The position numbers and the translations under genes are program-made. The notes beneath the pieces are model-generated. The model was not told the DNA's origin. It saw only the letters and a program-made list of their open reading frames with translations, and made no database searches. Below, in pieces: positions 58,101 through 64,000 of a stretch of 64,000 bases of DNA. This DNA comes from Gordius albopunctatus (taxonomy: Eukaryota): NCBI GenBank assembly GCA_964276515.1, contig OZ193909.1:8618001-8682000 (forward strand). The letters are read 5' to 3'. Every line of letters begins with the position of its first letter. The stretch's first letter is position 1.

Positions 58101-61100
58101 GTATATTAAATCATCGATTGACAGTTTAATAAAATGTCGCTTTATCGATACGATAGGGCAAATGTCATTTACCTTATTAAGGTACAAAATACGTCCCCTG
58201 AGAACGGCGAAAAACGTTTTCCAATTTCGCCTGACGAATGATGCTATAATTAAACAAAAGCAATTAAACATAATTTCCTAAATATAGCGCTAAAACAGAG
58301 TATAAAAATTATGGAGGCTTACATTTACGCCCGTTTCCATCTTGGTAACATTTCCTCCGTAAGAATCCTTGCTTCACGATGATATTCTCATTCAAATATG
58401 GTGGTGGCTAAAAGGATGACATATTGAAATGTCAATATGAAACAATAAACTAGATTATAAAGTCTCAAAAATACAAGCAGCAACATTGAAACTAAATGCA
58501 ACACGAAAATTTTATTTTCTCTCAATTTAAAACTTAAACCTGTTAAAAAATTCGAATAGGAATTCTAACAAGGACAAACCTCAATCACACAATCTATTTA
58601 TATTACCACTGTTAGGTAGGGATTTTGTTCAACGAACGACTGACTCCCCGATGCTTGGGATTGAATACTGTTAGTTTTGCTGTAAACAACATTTGTATAA
58701 ATAACATTTGGCCATCAAATATTTGCTCGACTGTCAATTAAAAGATTACCGAGTCTTAAACATAATAAAGTGAAATCAACGAATTTATTAGAGCATTCTC
58801 TTGGCACAATCTCAATCAAAAAATGAAAATGCGCTTAAATAAAAAGGAATAGTTTTATATACAATCTTCCGAATGAATAATTAATTATTCAATGTTTATT
58901 TCTATTATAAAAAAATTATTACTTAAATTGAGTTCAAAAAACTAAATACCTATATATTAAAATCGATACAAAACAAATTCTATTACGCATAATTATTTCT
59001 TGTTTGCTTTCGCCTTTGAGCTATTGATATTAGTTTCTCTTTAGAAGGGCTACACTTGCCCCGCTAGCGCTACAACTAGACCCATCCCCTATATTTTTAT
59101 ATATTCGAAGTATACTAGATTGCAAAGATAAAAGTGATCATTGAATTTTAACTAAAAAATAAATAATTCGTTATGAAAGAAAACTTATTAAAAAGTATAA
59201 CTCTAAAAAGTTTTTAAATTTCCGTTTTGCATAAATTTGCCTAAAACATTTGATGACACACATATCATCCGAACCTTAATTTTAAGCTGAATCAATTTAA
59301 GTAGACATTGAATAATTGCATCTAATTACCTGATTCCTTGCAAGGGCTTTTCCTTGATAGAAAAGTACAACCTTTTGAGATATGATTTGTCATAAGATTT
59401 GGCATAATTACCCATGGAGGTAAGATTCGTAATGAACTCTTTACAGCTCATCTTTTTACCAATGTCCTAAAAGTAAAAAAAAATTGACCACATCTGTTTC
59501 CTTTCTCTAAAAGCAGGTTTATAAAGTGTGTCAAATCAGGTCGGAATAATTAAATTACATTAAAAATATGGTATGGTACGCGGAAAAAGTGTTAAACAAA
59601 TGCTAAGAATAATTACAAAAATGTAGGTTATATTTGTAAAAATATTTCTCAATATCACAGAACTTACACAGAGGTAGAAGTCGGTGTTCAAAAGTACAAG
59701 GGCACACACCAAGATATGTAACGCATCTAATTTCAAAATTAAGAAAAACGTTTTATAAGAATGCCTGGATCATTAAATCTTATTTAAATTCTTAATAAAA
59801 GACCCCAAAATGTTGACAATTTTTATGGTGAAAGGTACAGTAAAAAGCATATGAAAGTCGAGCAAAAAATTGTTTAAATTTGCGTAAATTTTTGCATTAT
59901 GCGACAATATTTGTTTCAAAATTTATGGAATGCTAAAAACCTTCCGAAATAAAAGAAGTGGGATTGAATTGGTAGTAGTATTTTGAAAAAATTGTAAGCG
60001 TCTTTTCTCGATCACAATTTTCACCAACCAAAGAAACGTGCAGAAAGAAGTTCCTGAGAGCGACATCAAGCGGAATTTTTTCGAAGGAAAATTCGTTAAA
60101 AAACTCTTCGGCTAATCTTTCATTTGTATCGGCCCTAATTAAACAAACCAAAAATATAGCCTAACGGAGCCTTAAAAATCAAATTATTTTCACAATATAA
60201 AAGTGCAATTTTTCATTAAATTTTTCTTAGTTTCCTTTTTATTATAAATAGTAATTACAATCGAAAATTCTCTATGCTGTGACTGGGGTATCAAGAGACT
60301 AATTTCCTTAAAATTCTAATCTACGATTAATTTCTCTCTTCTATATTGAACCCCTGGCACCCTTAAAGGTTAAATGGCCTAACATTCTTCTAGTAGTAAA
60401 AAGATGAATCAAGGATATCTATTATAATTATTTCCTTTTGCTAAAGTCACTTCGTTGTTTCCACCTTAGTACAATGTATACTAGACAATTTATTTATTAA
60501 GGAGTAAAAATTTTATGAAGATGAAAATTAAATAAATAAAAAAACAGCAGTTTTTAGCAGCTGATGAGATAATTAAGGCTTGATGTCTATTGATTTACAA
60601 ATAATTAAGCCATTTTTGTGGAAATGATGTTGTCGCCAATTATCCATAAATGGTGGTAAATAATGTATAAATTTGCAGTTGATTAGCGACGGATGTTTTA
60701 GAGTTAAAGGCAGTATAAAAACATGAATTTATGTTTTTGCAAAAAAAGTAGATACTTATGCCGTTCTTCTGCTTGAAAAGTATATAGTTACACCTCATAA
60801 TTCCTCAATTTAAAGAGCATCTAGATAAGCTCATTTTTACATAAAACACTGGGACAGGGACTTTTAAACATAAAATTTCAAATACAAATTTCTTAAACTT
60901 TGCAAATTTGCAAAAAATATTACTCACTTAAGATGATTTTTAATAGGACAGATGGGTCATCTACCAATTAATATATTTGGACTATATTTTAATATAAAAT
61001 AATAGCAAATGAATTAAGATGTTGTAGTATAATTTAAAACTACTTATAATAAATTTTTTTTAATTGGAGAAAAAATTAAAACTTAACGGTTTTACTGTTT

Positions 61101-63917
61101 AGTAGGAATATAATTTGCTATAAAAGTTATCATAGGTTGAAAAATCGAATTCAGCATTCTTTGACTTTTTTTAAGAGATAATTTTAGATATTAAATAGAA
61201 ATTTAGAAAACCTCTAACCCTAAATTTTACAATATTTTTGCACAACCCTTCAGAATCGCAAAAATAAATGAACAAATTTACGACATATAACAACATGGAA
61301 CTAACTATTCTCTTAACGGGTTATAAATTTTCGTATTGCTAGAGATTAATGGGATTAATTTAAAAGATTTTTGAGTTTTAGCGCCTAATGTAGGACATTG
61401 ATCAACCTCCTCGTGGCAGATGCGTCCTAAATAAATCTTTCATACGGTAGTAAGTTCGATAGCAGAAAAATTAAAAAGGGTCTAGTAGCTCTAGCGGCCT
61501 CTATTTATCTCATTAAAATCACTTTCTAAATTTTTAGAAAAACTAAAACAAATCAATCGTTTAAAAAGGTCACCAAAAACAAAAATTATAAGAATTAAAA
61601 TTATTTTTAGTTGAAAATTTCGTCTTTTTATGTTTTTAATGCAAAATGAAGTACAAAAGGATTAATAATGTGCCTTGAGCTGTGTATAAGCAGTAAATTT
61701 TTAAAAAATTTTAAATGAAAGTGTTTTCTAGAATAACAAAAAGATTATAACGGAAAATACAAAATGCTAAAATTTACCTTAAAATTCATGCAACAATCAA
61801 TCTTGGAACCAAAGGTACAAAAAGAGCTTAAAATCACTCTGGCCAGGCCGTTGTAAACTTAAATACTACTCACATGAAATTTAGGAACTGAGCCACTTGG
61901 ACTTTGTCTACGCCTTCGAGCCTGAACAGGCGTTTAATAAAGTTTTCGGCCTCGGTACCGTAGAAAGGGGACGTAGCGTGTAGGAGGACGTCTGTAACGC
62001 GCTTATCCATCATGCCAGTCGTGGGGTTGATGAGCCCGCTTTGGTGGGCCGTAGTTGAACCTGGGGGCTTCCGATTCGTAGATTCGAAAACGGTGAGAAA
62101 GCGTTGGGCAGCCTGCTTTTCGATGATGTAGTATTCGGATGAGGGATGGTTGGAGTGGCCCGCGCTAGAGCTGGTTAAGATAAAACTAGGTTCGGCACCC
62201 GAGCACTGAGGCGAGTCAAACCTATTTTGGGCGTTAACGGGGCCCGAGGAGGATGACTTAGAGGATGAATTAGAAGGGGACGACGTCACTGAAGAGTAGC
62301 TAGCCTTACTACTTCCGCCACTCGTAGTAGAGGGTGCGTTGACAAAAGATTTACAGTTCGAATCTTGCTCCGAAGGTTTTTCGGAAGCGGTTGAACCAGC
62401 CACTTCGGAACCATTGTTATCTCGAACATTTTTATTGCCACTCAGGTCATTGCGATTAAGGGCGTGGTCGTTAGTCGAGCTCGAAGCATTGGGCGTTCCC
62501 GAAGTGTTGGGGGACTGTATATTTTTAGTATACACATCATTAAAAAACTGCATATATCACAATACAATCAGTCTTTTTACCAAAGTTTGAATTTATTTTA
62601 AAAGTAAAAAGTATCCTAGTTTTTAAAGAACATAAAATACAACCCTAAGGTTTCTTACTCCCCTACGATTATTTTATATTAAAAAAAGTTAACTTTAAAC
62701 ACCTAGCCACTAATGTTTCCTAAATATGGTTAAAAACTCCTTTTTTATCTTCCAACCTTAAAAACAAACGTTGCCAAGAAGAGTGTAGAGAAGCGAGCCC
62801 CTTGAATCTAATAAAAAGTTTCATAATATTGGATTTTTAATACATCTTTTTAATTTTATCACCTCGCCGTCTTTATGATCGGGTAGTTGTTGCTGTTGCT
62901 CTTGTTGCAATTTTTTGAGTCTATTCATTTCGACCAACCGCTTTCGACGTTCTATCTTAAGCAATCGCTCAGACGTACGCTTTTGTTCTTCGTTCCGAAT
63001 AAAGTTGATGGAGTCAGCAGGGCGAGGGGCAGTACCATCATTTTGGTTGGAGGGTAGGTAATGTTGGTCATAGTGAGATGAAAATGCGTTTGAGGCAGCG
63101 GCTGCGGCGGCTATCATCTCCATGTCCCGATCGTTATTAACGGTCCACAACAGTCGATTTTCCAATTGGTGCGATTCCTTGTCAGGGCCAACTGACCGAG
63201 CCGATTTGTTAATCTTGCTGGCTTTAGAGTTATTTGACTTGCAAGTTGGTGTGCTGGTCTTACCCTTTTTACCGTTTGCAACAGTTATTTTAGCCGGGGC
63301 AACCTGGGGTTCGGGCGGAATTGCATCGAACCCGAAGCAGAGCGTTTGGCAGGAAACGCTCACATTATTCTCCGCCGCTAATGAAGCAAAGTTAGGAGGC
63401 GAGCCTTTGGCAAACGTCTCGAAATCGCAGTCTACGGTTCTACTGTGCTGATGGGCGCCACCGAGATCCAACGTTTTGTTTTGATCGAACGATGATTTGT
63501 AGTATTCCCTTTCATTGAGGGTAGCTTGTCTCCGACCCGGCTGAGGCTTTGGCTTGCGAACGTGTTGTAGAGCTTGATTGGAAATTGTATTATCTCCTTC
63601 CCCCGCATACGATAGCTCCTGCGTTGCAACACCAATTAATGTAGGGACTGGTTTTGTTTCGGTATTTTTTAGATTTGTATAACTCTCCTCTTGCTGGTGA
63701 CTAGGTTGATCGGTATTAGTTAAATCGTTGTTGGGCTGAATATCAAAGACCAACTCGGCGGGACCATTTGTCGCGTTAACTTGAGATCGAGCTTCGTCAT
63801 TAGGTGGAAGACCGTTGGTGATCTTGGGATTGTCTGGGTTCATTACAAGCAATGAATTCTGTAAACGGTTTTTGAGTCTGTGCTTCTCTATATTTTCCCG
63901 TAGAGCAGCTAATTTCG
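55190..63917 (-). CDS. PSD: PH and Sec7 domain protein (PSD/EFA6 family Arf6 GEF), 5' partial
   Basis: Exons ~63917-62862, 62547-61874, 60133-59942 ([19 protein letters not shown]), ~59726-59668 (CALVLLNTD), ~59466-59330 ([14 protein letters not shown]), ~58408-58324, ~58243-58173 ([13 protein letters not shown]), ~57680-57528 ([14 protein letters not shown]), ~55878-55734 ([18 protein letters not shown]), 55691-55548, 55503-55380, 55335-55190 ([10 protein letters not shown]). The Sec7-PH-coiled-coil order is typical of EFA6. Confidence 0.9.
56136..57102 (+). mobile_element. Non-autonomous Helitron (967 bp), longer member of the 36181-36612 family, in a PSD intron
   Basis: A|TC start, (TG)n near the 5' end, subterminal hairpin, CTAG|T end; both terminal regions nearly identical to 36181-36612. 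Confidence 0.9.
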
Positions 63918-64000
63918 CTGTGTAAAACAATACTTATTAATAATCATTTTAATCGCCTTTTTAAATTCGTTTCTTTTATAAAAATGGCTAAAACGTGATC

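Noticed and set aside
62339..63635. Antisense or alternate-frame ORFs over PSD exons, and similar 60-110 aa ORFs throughout the window
   Set aside because: Shadows of real exons or TE sequence, or chance AT-rich ORFs without motifs.

Overview
AT-rich metazoan (probably invertebrate) nuclear DNA with spliceosomal introns, not prokaryotic. I assembled four host genes by hand from GT/GC-AG exon chains. (1) A JNK-family MAP kinase (+, ~4412-10226, first exon not located), with a p38-like Thr gatekeeper and a long Cys-rich C-terminal tail. (2) A complete 6-phosphogluconate dehydrogenase (-, 11987-16110), with one GC-AG intron. (3) A PTPN13/FRMPD2-like FERM protein (-, ~18011-26419, possibly extending to ~48535) with no recognisable PDZ or phosphatase domains. 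(4) A 5'-partial PSD/EFA6-type Sec7-PH Arf6 GEF (-, 55190-63917). Intron sizes are strongly bimodal: many are 40-49 nt and one appears to be 32 nt, while long introns are packed with mobile DNA. The mobile DNA includes a decayed hAT transposon, several hAT MITE families with verifiable 8-bp TSDs (one nested in another's TIR), two non-autonomous Helitrons, a MULE/FLYWCH-like remnant, a CRE-like retrotransposon 3' end and a tRNA-like SINE head. There are also three RTE LINE copies; two lie 5'-to-5' as a ~1.45 kb inverted repeat and share a frameshift. I found no clear new multi-gene system. All family assignments are from motif recall, not database searches.
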